In this document: positions 42,500 to 56,319 of the stretch, in pieces | How the letters are laid out: the number at the start of each line of letters is the position of its first letter | Position numbering within the stretch: position 1 is the stretch's first letter | Assembly: GCA_012295275.1 (NCBI GenBank) | Contig: CM022678.1 | Span: forward strand, 10,602,001-10,666,000 | Direction of reading: 5' to 3' | DNA from: Chrysomallon squamiferum | Taxonomy: Eukaryota > Animalia > Mollusca | DNA: 64,000 nt | Position numbers and translations under genes: made by a program | Notes under the pieces: generated by a model | The model's input: only the letters and a program-made list of their open reading frames with translations | Told to the model about the DNA's origin: nothing | Database searches by the model: none

Positions 42500-44910
42500 C
42501 ATGTTTAAGACATTTTCTTTGCCACTTGAAGATGGCTACAATTTCATGAGGTCTAATAGCAATACGATGTCCCAAAGGTAGTTTCAGTTTGAGTTGTGGC
42601 AGTTTAGCCACCTTATACCTTTCAAACTCTTTACACCATTGTTCCACATCTTTGTGCATTGCAGGCCAGTTACATCTTCTAATAAGGCTCATGCTTCTTT
42701 CAAAAGCTTGGTGTCCTGTCTGATTGTGTAAACTCTACAGAACTTTCTTCTTCATCATTCCTGGTAGTACAGTCTGCTTCATACTTGCGAAGTTGGGATC
42801 CTTTACTTTTCTGTAAAGTTCTTTGTTTTCAAGAAATAATCTGTCCCATTGTGAAGAAACCTGATTCTTCTAATCTTCTCTCAGCTCTGCATGGTAGCCA
42901 TGTAATGCAAGAATCTCCTTATTAACTTGTCTGTTGCCTGCATCACTGCTAGTTCTTCTAAAGCTGGGAGATGATGTTGTGGCTTCCACAGTTTCATTAA
43001 ATTGTTCCTCTGTTACAGTTTACTGTGTGACTTTTCTTCCACCACCTTTTATAACTTGTCTCATTGTTTGTGGAACTTCTGTACTACTAGCAGTATCTCT
43101 CAAAGCAGCTTCCACTGAAGTAGATGTCATTCTGTGAAATTTCTTCCTGGACAGACCATCAGCATTCTTATTGTGTTGAATGATATTTCACATCAAAATC
43201 AACTTCTGCCAGCTGAGAGCCCCATGTTTCTTCCACTGCACGTAATTTTGTGTTATGGAGATGACTTAGTGGATTGTTCTCTGTATATGTGGTAAATTCA
43301 TTGTTTGAGAAGATAATCTTTAATCTTTTCAGTCTCAGCCCATTTCAGACCAACAAGCTCTAACTTCATGGAACTGTAATTATTCATGTTTCTCGCAGTG
43401 GGTCTCAAGCTCTGTCTAACATATGTAATTTCTTTCCTTTGCCCATTCTGCTCCTGTGACAGTACTGCTCCCACACCTTGAAAACTTGCAGCAGTTTCCA
43501 CAATGAAAGGTTCACTGAAATCAGCTACCCTGATATTGAAGCCGAAGTTAACTTCTCTTTTAAAGTATTGAAAGCTTTTTGACAACTCTCATCCCATGCA
43601 CACTTTAACAATGCTTGATGTTTCTTAACTTGGAACCCGATCACCAAAGAATGCAAAGGTCCAGCAGTAACTGATAATCCTTTAACATAACATCTGTAGT
43701 AACTGGCAAACTGCAAAAATGACATCAGGTCCTTTGGTGCCTTTGGAACTTCCCAGTCAAAAACAGCCTTTATTTTGTCTGGATCTTTAGCTATCCTATC
43801 TCTAGATATTACATGTCCCAGATATTTCAGTTCTTTCTTAAGGAAACAGCATTAGCTTGATTTTGGTTTGAGCCCATGCTGTTTTAAAATATTAAATACC
43901 TCTTCTAGTTTACCTATGCACACATAAAAGAAAACTACACTGTTATACAAGAAGACTAGTAACACTGAAATATCTGCTGTCTGAAGCAATACTACACTAC
44001 TTTGAAATGTGGCTGGTGCTTCTGACAAACCAAACAGCATTTGATTGTATTCAAAACAAACCCATTGGAGTGAGATGAATGCAGTTTTGTCTTTGTCTTT
44101 ATCCTCAACTGCAACTTGGTTGTATTCGCTAGACATATCAGTGTAGTGAACCAATTTGCTCTGTGCAAAGAATCTAATGACTCTTCTGTTGTAGGTAGTG
44201 GAAAGCAGTCTTTCCTAGTTTTAGCATTCAGCCACCTGTAGTCCACAAACAGATGAACAGGAGATGAATACAGGCTATGGCTAGGTCAAATTACATCTTG
44301 CTTCATAAGTTTCTTGATCAGCTCCTTAACTTTCTGATACTGAATGTGTGAAATTCTTCTGTACGGTTGTGAGACTGGGATGTTATCAGATGGATGTATG
44401 TTATGTTTTACAGAGTCAGTAAACCCCACATCAAGTTTAGCAAATACATCAGTTAAGTATTCTCTTTAAAATCTGAGTATTTGCTACATATTCTTTCTAA
44501 CTTTTTCTTCTGCTCATCAGAATGAGATATCAACTTGAAATCTGTCAAATTCTGTGAACCAACTGTAATCTGCTCCATGAAAACCTCTTCTCCTTTTCCT
44601 GTCTTTCTAAATTTTACCTCCATGTTGTTTATTGACTGAGACTCTTCTACCTCTACCACTGATGACAAAACACCCACTCTAGTTCTTGGTTTCAACCAAA
44701 TAGCTGTAGACCCTATTTTACAGCACAAACCTAAAAGACTTGATAACCAAGTTCACATCAAGTTAAACAGTAGTTAGATTAATTCATAGTTTACAGTTTT
44801 GTTTTTGTCACAGGCTACTCTGTAATGAGAGGCTCACCTGGTTTTTGAACTGAAATCTGGGAGACTTTCTAGAATCTTCCACATTGGTTTAGCTGGAGTC
44901 TTCATGTTGA
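42500..44910 (-). mobile_element. Decayed Ty3/Gypsy LTR retrotransposon pol (RT, RNase H, integrase zinc-binding region); no LTRs seen
   Basis: DYRWLNAKTRKDCFPLP, YNQVAV..KDKDKTAF, FEYNQMLFGLSEAPATFQ, FLQFASYYRCYV, PFIVETAASFQGVGAVLSQEQ..NYSSMKLELVGLKWA and HNQTGHQ..WPAMHKDVEQWC. Many stops and frameshifts; YxDD motif destroyed. Confidence 0.95.
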
Positions 44911-46150
44911 AAACCTAAAAACCAAAGATCCATGTAAAACCAGGAAACAAAAATTATTTCAACATTGTCACATGAGCAAGTCTTTGATTATCATCTTAAA
45001 TTTTTTTATTAACATAACTACTTATAAACTTATAACTAAATATTTTCCACTAATATGACTACTTATAACTTTTATTTAAAAATTAAGTTTTAACAATATA
45101 CTGTTATGAACTAGCTCTATCTCTGTACTTAATAACTTAATAATGAAGTGTAATAATATAGTGTTATTAACTGTTTGTACTTAATAAATCATACAGAACA
45201 ATCTATTGGCACACTTCAGTTCAGAATATTTTACAGTGACACTGGTTTAAGTAAATTTCAAACTACTGATACTGGTAATAAAATAGTCTTTATTTAAATG
45301 TTCAAACTAATTCAAATGGTAAAATTGTTATAATTACATTATCCAGTTGTGTTTGCTGACACAGATACAAGTGTTGACATCATCAGTGTCACGCAACAAC
45401 AACACCATTGTGAAATCTTTTAGACATGTTGAAATATATGTGGGCATTGAGAATTCTAAAATAGTAAATATTATTTGAAAACAAATAAAAACATTAATAT
45501 ATAGCTACATTTGTTTACTAATGGTAAAATGTTGAAGTGTGTGTGGATATTGAGAATTCTGCAATAGTAAATATTACAGTTGTTTTCTTCTTGATGTGAA
45601 ATCATGTGATCCCAAGCTGACAACAGCACAGAGATCAGTATTTCCAAATTATTAATAAAAATATTTTTATCTTTATTTTATTTTATCTTTTTACCAAAAT
45701 ATACAGAAACATTGAGATATGTGTACATTTCCAAATTTCTAAATAACAGGTACAGTCTATGGACACTGATATTATAAAATACAGAATCATTAATTGAAAC
45801 TATTACAAAGATTTAAACTTACAATGTTTAGCATGATTAATTAATCGTATAACATAGTTTAATAATGTAAAATGTCTGAGATCAAAATAATGATTAAAAT
45901 TATTATTATAATTTCATTTTAAACAATTATTTATGAAGAAATTATTTGTTATTTTTATTTAATTTTGATAATTAAACCAATATAACTTCATATTACCTTG
46001 TTGAATAAATTGATATTACATGTTCACCTCAGTAGGGCCTCCTTCACTTTCTGATCACTGATCTCTAGAACACCATAAATCAATCCTGAAAGAAAAATTT
46101 AGAATAATAACAATAACAATAACAGTAACAATAATAATTATAACAATAAC

Positions 46151-46205
<55 letters not shown>

Positions 46206-46696
46206 ATATGTGACTGTCAAAATATCATAAATCAAATCCTGACAGTAAAATGTGAAATTAACATGATGGTAATAATAAAATGATGGTGTCTCATTGTGAA
46301 AAGTGTCAAAGACTCAGTCTGTAAGGAATATTTTCAGGAATTTTCACATCTATCTAAGTAAATACTTAATACCAACCTTCTGTATTATACTAATTGTAAA
46401 AAACACCATTCAGTCTTTTAAAATTACAATGACAGCAAAGTTAATAGAAATAAGTATTATACTAATTGTTAAAAAAACATTCAGTCTTTTAAAATTACTA
46501 TGATGGCAAACACAAAAACCATTCAGTCTTTTAAAATTACTATCAATGATGGCAGTTAATAGAAAGAGATAAAGAAAGTTAATAAGTATTAAACAAGGTC
46601 ATTACAATGGCAAACCTGTAAAATCAAGACTCTACTTGAAATAATAATAATATATTTTAATATAAGATGTGCACACTGAACAATTAACAGAAAGTG

Positions 46697-47482
46697 CAAC
46701 AGAATAAGTAGAAGTACACCTGTAACATCAAGCAGAACACAGATACAACAGATTAAGTAGAAGTACACCTGTAACATCAAGCAGAACACAGATACAACAG
46801 ATTAAGTAGAAGTACACCTGTAACATCAAGCAGAACACAGATACAACAGAATAAGTAGAAGTACACCTGTAACATCAAGCAGAACACAGATACAACAGAT
46901 TAAGTAGAAGTACACCTGTAACATCAAGCAGAACACAGATACAACAGATTAAGTAGAAGTACACCTGTAACATCAAGCAGAACACAGATACAACAGATTA
47001 AGTAGAAGTACACCTGTAACATCAAGCAGAACACAGATACAACAGATTAAGTAGAAGTACACCTGTAACATCAAGCAGAAGACAGATACAACAGATTAAG
47101 TAGAAGTACACCTGTAACATCAAGCAAAACACAGATACAACAGATTAAGTAGAAGTACACCTGTAACATCAAGCAGAAGACAGATACAACAGATTAAGTA
47201 GAAGTACACCTGTAACATCAAGCAGAACACAGATACAACAGAATAAGTAGAAGTACACCTGTAACATCAAGCAGAACACAGATACAACAGAATAAGTAGA
47301 AGTACACCTGTAACATCAAGCAGAACTCAGATACAACAGAATAAGTAGAAGTACACCTGTAACATCAAGCAGAACACAGATACAACAGAATAAGTAGAAG
47401 TACACCTGTAACATCAAGCAGAACACAGATACAACAGATTAAGTAGAAGTACACTGTAACATCAAGCAGAACACAGATACAA
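46697..47482. repeat. Homogeneous 49-bp minisatellite, about 16 copies
   Basis: caacaga(t/a)taagtagaagtacacctgtaacatcaagcagaacacagata, head to tail without spacers. Confidence 0.97.
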
Positions 47483-48228
47483 TGGAAATGATGGGGCATT
47501 AATACAAAGAATAATAATATATTTTGAGACAGGATTAATAATCTAATCTATCTAAAATAAATAAACAGCATAAACACAATCTTGTTCACACTTATTTATT
47601 GACCCATCCTTTCTCTGTTGTGTGTTTTCTCATACACACAGGGCATACTTCTCTATTTCACACACATGTCAATATCTGTTCTCTCTCTCTAACACACAAA
47701 CACATATAACCACACCTACATATCAGTCTCTCTCTCAATATATCTATCTATCTATATCTAGCCTTTCTTTTTAACACACACTCAAACATAAACATACTCT
47801 CATTTACATATTCCTTTATATACCAATCCTCTAACATAAATACACAACAGTATATTCATACACATATACTCATGATTATGAACCTATGTGCATATATTTA
47901 CGTAGTTTGTATATATATCCATCTATCTGTATCTATCCTCTCTAACACACATTTACATACATAAACACAAATTTATTCACTCATCTCTCTTTCAGTCAGA
48001 CTCTCTCAAAAATCCACAAAAAGCACACTATCTTCACACACAATTATATGCCCATTCTTTCTAACACACAAACACATAATTATGCTCATATTTATAAAGA
48101 CTCATACACACATACACATCAGTTTGCCTATCTATCTATCTAGCTATCTAATTATTGTCTACCTATTTCTCTAGGCATCATCTCGCGATCCATCTATCTA
48201 ACTATTTCTCTATCACTCTCAAAATTAG

Positions 48229-48266
<38 letters not shown>

Positions 48267-49861
48267 ACACACACACATGTATGTATATGCTAGCTCTATT
48301 TACCCCCTTTTTAAAATGCATTATTTAAAAACACTTTTTCTTACACAAACCCACAATCCTGCTTTAACACTGCCATACAGCCATCCTCTCTAGCAAACAT
48401 ACATACACATCAAGACCTCCACACTTCCCTATCCACCTCTCTATCTGTCTTTGTACCTCTGTATTGTCTATCTATCTATCTATCTATCAATCTATCTATC
48501 TATTTATCAAGATATTTATTCCTTTTTCTATTTATCCCACATACATAAGCAACACTCTAACACACAAACTGTCTTTCTTACAGTTCTGCCTTCTTGCATC
48601 TATCGATCTTTCTAGTAATCTATCTACCTTTCTTCTGTCTATCAAGCTACCTTTCATGTGGCCATTTTACATTTTACCATATATCCACCCTGTTTTACAC
48701 ATATCTATGTAGTTACCCATCCTTTAATATAGACATTTACACTGATCACTTCCTAAAAACACAAATACATTATCATTCCTATACACATGTTTGTATATGT
48801 GTACACACACACACATTCTTTAATGCATTTGTCTATATGTCTATCAGTCTGTCTACAAATCAATCTACTGAACTAGTGACATACCTACATATCTAACTTC
48901 CTATCAGTTTATCACTCTAGCTTATATGTCTATTTTTCAGGAACTGAATGTATATCTAATTACACACTATGTCAAACCTCCGTATCTCTGTATATCTTAC
49001 CTATATAATCTATCTGTATTTTCTCTGCATATCTGTATATCTATGCCTCTGGATATCTATATATAATCTGTATTTATCTCTCTATATCTATCTATATAAT
49101 ATATCTGTATTTATCTCTGTGTATCTGTATATATAATCAATCTGTATTTACCTCTGTATATCTGCCTGTGTATCTGTCTGTGTGAATCTGTATCTATCAA
49201 ATAATCTATCTATACCTCTGTATTTGCCTCTATAATATCTGTCTGTATATAATCTATCTGTGTTGTGGTCCATTTATAACTGTCTATTCAAATTCTATCT
49301 AAATGAATACATCTGTATTCTGTCTATACACATGAACACACATGCATTTTCTTATATATCCCTAAATAATCTGTATTTTTATTCTGTCTATATATATCTA
49401 CACCTATCTATATAGATCTATTTTATATGTACATGTTTATTCCTATCACAATTTTATCTATACAGTTCTCTATATGTATGTCTATCAACACAATTTCTCA
49501 TAATCAATATAATCAACATAATCAACCTACCTAGCAGTTTATATCTGCTTATTTTTCTTTTATCATGCCCATCCCTTGACATCAATAACCGTCAATACAT
49601 CAATCAGTCATTTAAACATCTCCTTGTCTACATACCTACATATCCACCTTCAAATATCCCTATATTTCTGTATGTTTGCACACATATATACTCAAAATAT
49701 TCACACACTTCAAAAAACACAATACACATCTATATACTAGTCCCTGCTCCAACTTATGCATGCCCACACCTACTGCCTGTGTGTGTGTGTGTGTGTGTGT
49801 GTGTATCATAACAAAATATATATATAATTCCTTATTTACACTACCATCCATACTTGCACAC

Positions 49862-50260
49862 ACCTATCTGTCTCTGTGTGTGTCTGCTGTCTATTAGATA
49901 ACTATCTACATATATCTACATATCAAACTACTATCATACCTACCTCTGTACCTATCTACATATCAAACTACTACCATATCTGTCTCTCTGTGTGTCTGCT
50001 GTCTATTAGATAACTATCTACATATATCTACATATCAAACTACTATCATACCTACCTATCTGTCTCTCTGTGTGTCTGCTGTCTATTAGATAATTGTCTA
50101 CATATATCTACATATCAAACTACTATCATACCTACCTATCTGTCTCTCTGTGTGTCTGCTGTCTATTAGATAACTATCTACATATATCTACATATCAAAC
50201 TACTGAACTACCTACCTACCTATCTGTCTCTCTGTGTGTCTGCTGTCTATTAGATAAACT
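49862..50260. repeat. ~80-bp minisatellite, about 5 copies, within a TATC-rich low-complexity zone (about 47.6-50.7 kb)
   Basis: cctatctgtctctctgtgtgtctgctgtctattagataactatctacatatatctacatatcaaactactatcatacctac repeated. Confidence 0.9.
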
Positions 50261-51976
50261 ATATATCTATCAAATATATATATATATACTGAACTATATG
50301 ACCTATATACCTATCTGTTTATCTATCAACATTACTGAAACAATCTATTAGATAACCATCCATATATCATATATATAATCCACTGAACAACTGACCTACC
50401 TACCTGTCTGTTTATCTATCCACATTACGACAGATCAATAACCATCCACCAATCATCTATCCAACTCCCTGTCACACTGCCTAGCTACATACCTACACAT
50501 GCCTACACAGCTACATTACAACCTGTGTATTTTACTGTGTACATCTGTCTGTCTGCACCTGTCTGTCTACACTCTCAGCCTGGCACACAAACACACATGA
50601 CAGAAAGAATAATACACAGAATAGACAGATAGGCATGTTAGTCTATCTGCCTAAATTCATCAACATCTATCAATTTACTTTTTAACTTCTACTTATCTAA
50701 CTGTCTATCAGTCTATCAATATCTCTCTTTCTTTCTGTGTAGCTTCCTGTTTATCTCTTTACCTGTTAACCTCTCATCAGACAGTCAGTCTCATATCTCT
50801 GTCAATCATCTTTCCATTTCTTCAAATGGTTGCTCTCAAGTTAACTTCTAATATTCTTCATGGAAACAACATTAAGCTGGAACCTGCTTGTTGTCTGTAA
50901 ATATCATTACTCCACTCTTTTCATTTCTTCTGTAGTTATTTCTAATTTGCAATGTACAACCACATAGAGCTTTTGTAGTGTCCTTAGTCATTGTAGTAGA
51001 AGTTGTTCTGTTCCCTTCCTGATAACCAAGAATCATCCACTGTTAACTATTGGAGATTGATGTATATTGTCAACAACTTCTGTGTCTGGAATCTGCTTTG
51101 AAAAGAAAAATCCATAATATAACCTTTATATTATTCTCCATATTCTTGTAACTGAAGCCGATTCCAGAATCATGTCTTTCCTGTAGATACAATAATAACA
51201 TTTAATAGAATAATTATTTAGAAGTATTTTTCCATTGTGTTTAACTGTCTGAAATGTTAGAAAGAAATTATTATATATAAACATCATCTGTCTCATATCA
51301 TAAATAATGGTTAATAATAAATAACAAATAATTTAAAAAAAATATAAATCTATAAAAAAAAAAAGGATCAATACAAATTATAAATTTTACTTGGTTAACT
51401 TAAAAAAGTGTCTTTTATATCTAAATTCATAAAGATAAGTGAAAATATTTCTTTATGAAAGATTTTCTAATACTAAACAAGATGAATGCATTGATTAGAT
51501 GAAAATATGTTAAAGGAAAGCAATACAAACATAAAATGAAAATGTAGTAATAATAATAATAATAATACCATTAATATTTCTCTAAAACTGAAATCCATAA
51601 AATTGTGAATACTCCTCTGAATTTTCAGCACTGACCTGCCTTGTACTGTATAGGATAGAGTGAGATCTGAAAACCTCTGTCTTTGACCAAGTCTTTAAAA
51701 GAAATACAAAATCTGACACAGACTTGACAGTTTCCACCTGTAAATTGAAAAGAATTCGTTATCAAAAATGTGAGGCATTTTAGTTAAATAACTAATTTTT
51801 AACTAATTTTTTGTACCACTTCTAATGTATTGAATATGGAAATAAATATTAAAATAAAAAATGATAATGGTTTCAAGTACTGTTTTACAACGTATTCAGA
51901 GCTGTCCGCTATGGGGTTTTGGCAGAGTAACGCGTCCACATTATGGTAATATTCGCCCTCCAGTGAGTGAAAATTA

Positions 51977-52033
<57 letters not shown>

Positions 52034-54864
52034 CATGTTGTTGTTGTTGTTGTTTTTGCTTGACATCGTAATAATACATGGAATTTTTTTTTTTTTTTTA
52101 AATGAATGAAAAATTAAAAAATAGTACGTAATTGGTACGAGATGGTATGCTGTCAAAGTCTCACACACACACACGCACACACGTTTCGACTTTTTTGCAG
52201 CAATTACTACTCAATAACAGACATCTATGTATAAGCGGCATTGGTTACATGATATATTTCCCCAAATTACTTTTAATAATCCATGTAGAATTGATTGCAT
52301 TATGAAGGAATACATGTTTAAAATTTTGTAAAAACTGACCGGCGTTCGGTACTTCCATCTTGGATTTTCATCGGAAGTTTCCGTGACGGCTCGGCGTAAT
52401 TTGTGCCGTTACGAGTAATCGTTCCTGATGGTCCATGCTACCATAAGTATTCTACTCGAAATTGTTAGTCGAATTTATAATATTTTGACGGTCTCACTTT
52501 GCTTTTATTTTTTTTAAAACTTTTATTATTAAATTGCTTTCAGATAATATCCTAAATATGGTGTATTGGATATGTGCAAATACAAACAAAATTTCAAATA
52601 AAAATAATTTGTAAATAAATTTATTATTTTTAAAGAGACAAATCGAAAACAAATAAATTAAATTAAATTTTAAAAAAATGAAGCAGGCATTTTACAATAA
52701 TTCAATAAATAACCATAACAAAGCAGGAAATCTAAATTATAGTCACATCGCATACGCGAGGAGTAAGCTATTTCAGAAGTGTGCGGTCTACGGGAAATAA
52801 CTCTATTTAACGCATTGGTAAATATACAAAAAAGACTGAGTGTTGAAAAGGAAAAACAAAAGAAATCAAATACATTTTTTTTTTTCAATAAATAAGAAAG
52901 ACTCAGAAGAGAAAAACGTTGTTAGTGACATAATATAAGTCTGCTGAATAAATATCAGTCACTGAATTTACTAAATTCACTAAAGTGATTTTATCTAAAC
53001 CTGTATATTATTTTTTATTTCTGTTTAATATAACTTTTTGTTTATAATAAATATAAATAATCATTTTATTTCCTTTGTTCACTCTTTTCTTTTTCCCTTG
53101 TGTCACGGAATTCAGATTGCGTATCACGTTGTTACTTCAAAGTAGTAATAGAGTAAAGTACCATTTTTATAATTCCAGACAAAATATACTTTTTCTAAGC
53201 TGGAGAAAGACGAAAGTGATTTTCATTAGTTACACCACAGCTTCTGTTTTTTATAAGTTTTCTGGTAATTAATTTTTAACAAGTATATTTTAAGAAATGT
53301 GGTACTTGTTCGTGGTATACAACGGCCTGTGTTTTGTGAAGAAACGTTTGGATGAAACTTGTGAAGACAAGTCGGGCTGTGCAGACGTGTAGCTGACTGT
53401 CTGGATAACACGTGTTTCAGTAAACAAATTCTTCTGGCCAGTTTTGTTCTTCCAAAAATCACTGTCGAGTCATGATAAAAGTCGTATTTGAGTATTTACT
53501 AAAACACGAAACTTTGACGTACAATGAAGTTTTCTAGACATAATTTGTGTCGCTGGACAGAGTTTACGTTCTAGAAACAAATAAGATTTCAGTTTTATAT
53601 GAATAAACCAAAAATAGCATGATATAGTATAAAGAATAACGCTATTTACACTGTTTATTTTATAAATAAATAAACAAATAAACAAATAAATAAATATAAT
53701 TTTATTTTTAATTTTAATACCCACTGCACAATTTAAATAGTGGATGTTGGATATTTATATTATTAATATTAGACATATTATGTAGATGAGAAGGCGCCAC
53801 TTTAATCTAATATTTTAATAAGATGTTACTGAATACTGGAGAAGAAACACTGATATTTACTTGACAGTAAAAACATTATTGTTATCTTTAAATAGGATGA
53901 AACAAATGATAAAAATGGTATATCGCATAAAACACTAGTTCAGGAGGATAGGCATCTTTGTTTATGATGTAACTTAAAAATTACAATACATGTCTCCTAG
54001 TAGAATAAAATGTAACTGTAAGTGAAATTATCAGTATTTTTTATGATGCAAAATAAAGGTAAAACATAATAAAACATCACGTTATTTTCACTCAGTATCA
54101 ATTTGTAATATAAATGTCCTTGGTTTTATGTATTAACGTGAATTACGTCGCCTTTTTTCAAACAGAAAACTTCTAATTTTAATGTCGTTAGCTATCCAAA
54201 ATTCAAATTTTGTGATTCAAGTAAAGTCTACCTTCTCACGTGATCAGTATTAAAGTTATTTATTTCAGAATTTACAAATCGATTGCTGAATGCCACTATA
54301 AAATAAAAGGTCAGATCCAGATTAATGTGATATTTGATTAACAACAGAACAGATTGCACTAAAAAGCTATGGGTGGTGCTGAAAACTGAGATTGACTTTA
54401 TAAGAATCAGTTCATTTTGTTGATAAGTTGATAATAAATGATGTTAAGGTATACTATTTATGATGAGCACTGTTTTCACAGGTAACTGGAAATTGAACGA
54501 ACATATTTATTGTTATTAAAAGTATCAGTATTCTTCTGTAAAACCCGGTAATAATCCTCTAGCCGTAACCATGATTGTACTGACAATTATATATCTCTAT
54601 ATATATATTATCAGTATTTTTTATGATGCAAAACAGAGGTAAACTTAATAAAATATCAACGTTAACAGTGGTGCTGTTACTAAGATAGAACGTAATTTTC
54701 GCTCAATTTATTCGTATAAGTTTCACAGCTGGTACTAAATAAAAACGTAAATTCTGTCGAGCAGTCTCAAATTATCTACGCTTATCCAAATTAAATATGA
54801 TATTATACATATAACTTAAATGATTAAAATATTGGTTACTGTATTTAAAAACCTTTATTTGAAA

Positions 54865-54999
<135 letters not shown>

Positions 55000-55030
55000 C
55001 ACAGACATACACATATATACATACAGCGAG

Positions 55031-55061
<31 letters not shown>

Positions 55062-55293
55062 TCAGTGTGGTTTTCTGTTACTTTTTAATGTGATAATTAC
55101 AAGCATAATATCTAGAACTACAGACATGTTGTGAGAGTAATATTCTCTTATTTAGAGATTTTAAAAGAAAAGGTGTTTTACAGGAAATGTGACGTTAATG
55201 TGTTATATCTCTCATAATATGTTATACTGATAATCAATCTAAAATATAACCTGTCAGTATTTCACTGATTAAAACTGCGTAACGCCGAGCAAG

Positions 55294-55662
55294 TTTGTTG
55301 TTAATATATCTGTCACTGTATCTTTGGGACGTAGAAAAACTTGTATAAATGGTGTTAAAATGAATTGTGTGTCGCGGGATTTCTTGTTAATATATCTTTA
55401 TTGTATCTTTGGGACGTAGAATTTAAATGATGTTAAAATGAATTCTGTGTCGCAGGATTTGTTAACATAAAATGACGTAGAAAAACTTGTATAAATGGTG
55501 TTAAAATGAATTATGTGTCGCGGGATTTCTTGTTAATATATCTGTCACTGTATCTTTGGGACGTAGAAAAACTTGTATAAATGGTGCTAAAATGAATTCT
55601 GTATCGCGAGATTTGTTGTTAATATATCTGTAACTGTATCTTTGGGACGTAGAAAAACTTGT
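55294..55662. repeat. ~86-bp tandem repeat, about 4.5 partly deleted copies
   Basis: ttgttaatatatctgtcactgtatctttgggacgtagaaaaacttgtataaatggtgttaaaatgaatt..gtgtcgcgggat repeated. Confidence 0.88.
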
Positions 55663-55965
55663 GTACTAATTAGGATCTATCTACGTCCCGGTACTCATTA
55701 AATTCCCTCTTACCTGGTTGACAGTGTGTACAGTTAAAAGGTAACAACGAACTACTTCTGTACCACAGTGCACTTGTTAGCAGTAAGAGTTCGTTTCAGT
55801 GGTTATGTTGTTGGTATTACAAATAAATAAAACAAATAAATGTTTTTTAAAATGATATACAACAATATACCTAAGTTTTAACGCTCTGGTATAAACCTAT
55901 CCTTATGTCGTATGTCTGTGTGTCTATCTCTCTGTATGTTAATACAACAAACTATTCAATATAAA

Positions 55966-56315
55966 AATCAACGGAAATATTATTTAAAATAAATCACCTT
56001 CGTTTGCTTTCTTTCTACATTTTTATTCAAATTTCAGTAATACATTAATTGTCTCCATAATTCAGTTCCACGATTCATTATGAACGCAAAACGTACAATA
56101 ATGAGAATAACGGAGACTAAAATTGTTACAAAATGTACAAGAAATTAAATATTGAAAGAGAAGTTTATACATGAGAGAACAACAAAACACATAATAAATA
56201 AACAAACAAACAAACAAATAGTAAAGAAATAAAGAAATAAAGAAAGAAATAAAGAAAGAAATGAAGAAAGAAAGCAAACGAAGGTGATTTATTTTAAATA
56301 ATATTTCCGTTGATT
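55966..56315. repeat. Perfect 51-bp inverted repeat (55966-56016 and 56265-56315) with 248-bp spacer
   Basis: aatcaacggaaatattatttaaaataaatcaccttcgtttgctttctttct and its exact reverse complement. Confidence 0.92.
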
Positions 56316-56319
56316 GTCG

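Larger units (their letters stand above)
39600..52440 (-). pseudogene. Degenerate multi-exon gene with LOTUS/OST-HTH-like N-terminal segments (TDRD5/TDRD7-like architecture, tentative)
   Basis: Minus-strand islands bounded by AG/GT at 52340-~52440 (CpG-rich, ATG at 52358), 51569-51737, 50763-51180, 45997-46085, 45338-45455, 41631-41732 and 41022-41073, plus a last exon from 40448. Several exons carry stops or frameshifts. Stitched frames give FKDLVKDRG..SDL..Y...GR...EYSQFYGF, HDSGI..LQEYGE.YK.LYYGF...KQIPDTEVV and EEMKRV...TDNKQVPA.CFHEEY.KLT.EQP. Confidence 0.45.

Noticed and set aside
45997-46085. GLIYGVLEISDQKVKEALLR as Gypsy gag of the neighbouring element
   Set aside because: Weak resemblance only; it is bounded by splice sites like the other host exons and has no flanking gag similarity.
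46697-47482. Regular 49-bp array as a CRISPR array
   Set aside because: Units are head to tail with no unique spacers, there are no cas genes, and the context is eukaryotic.
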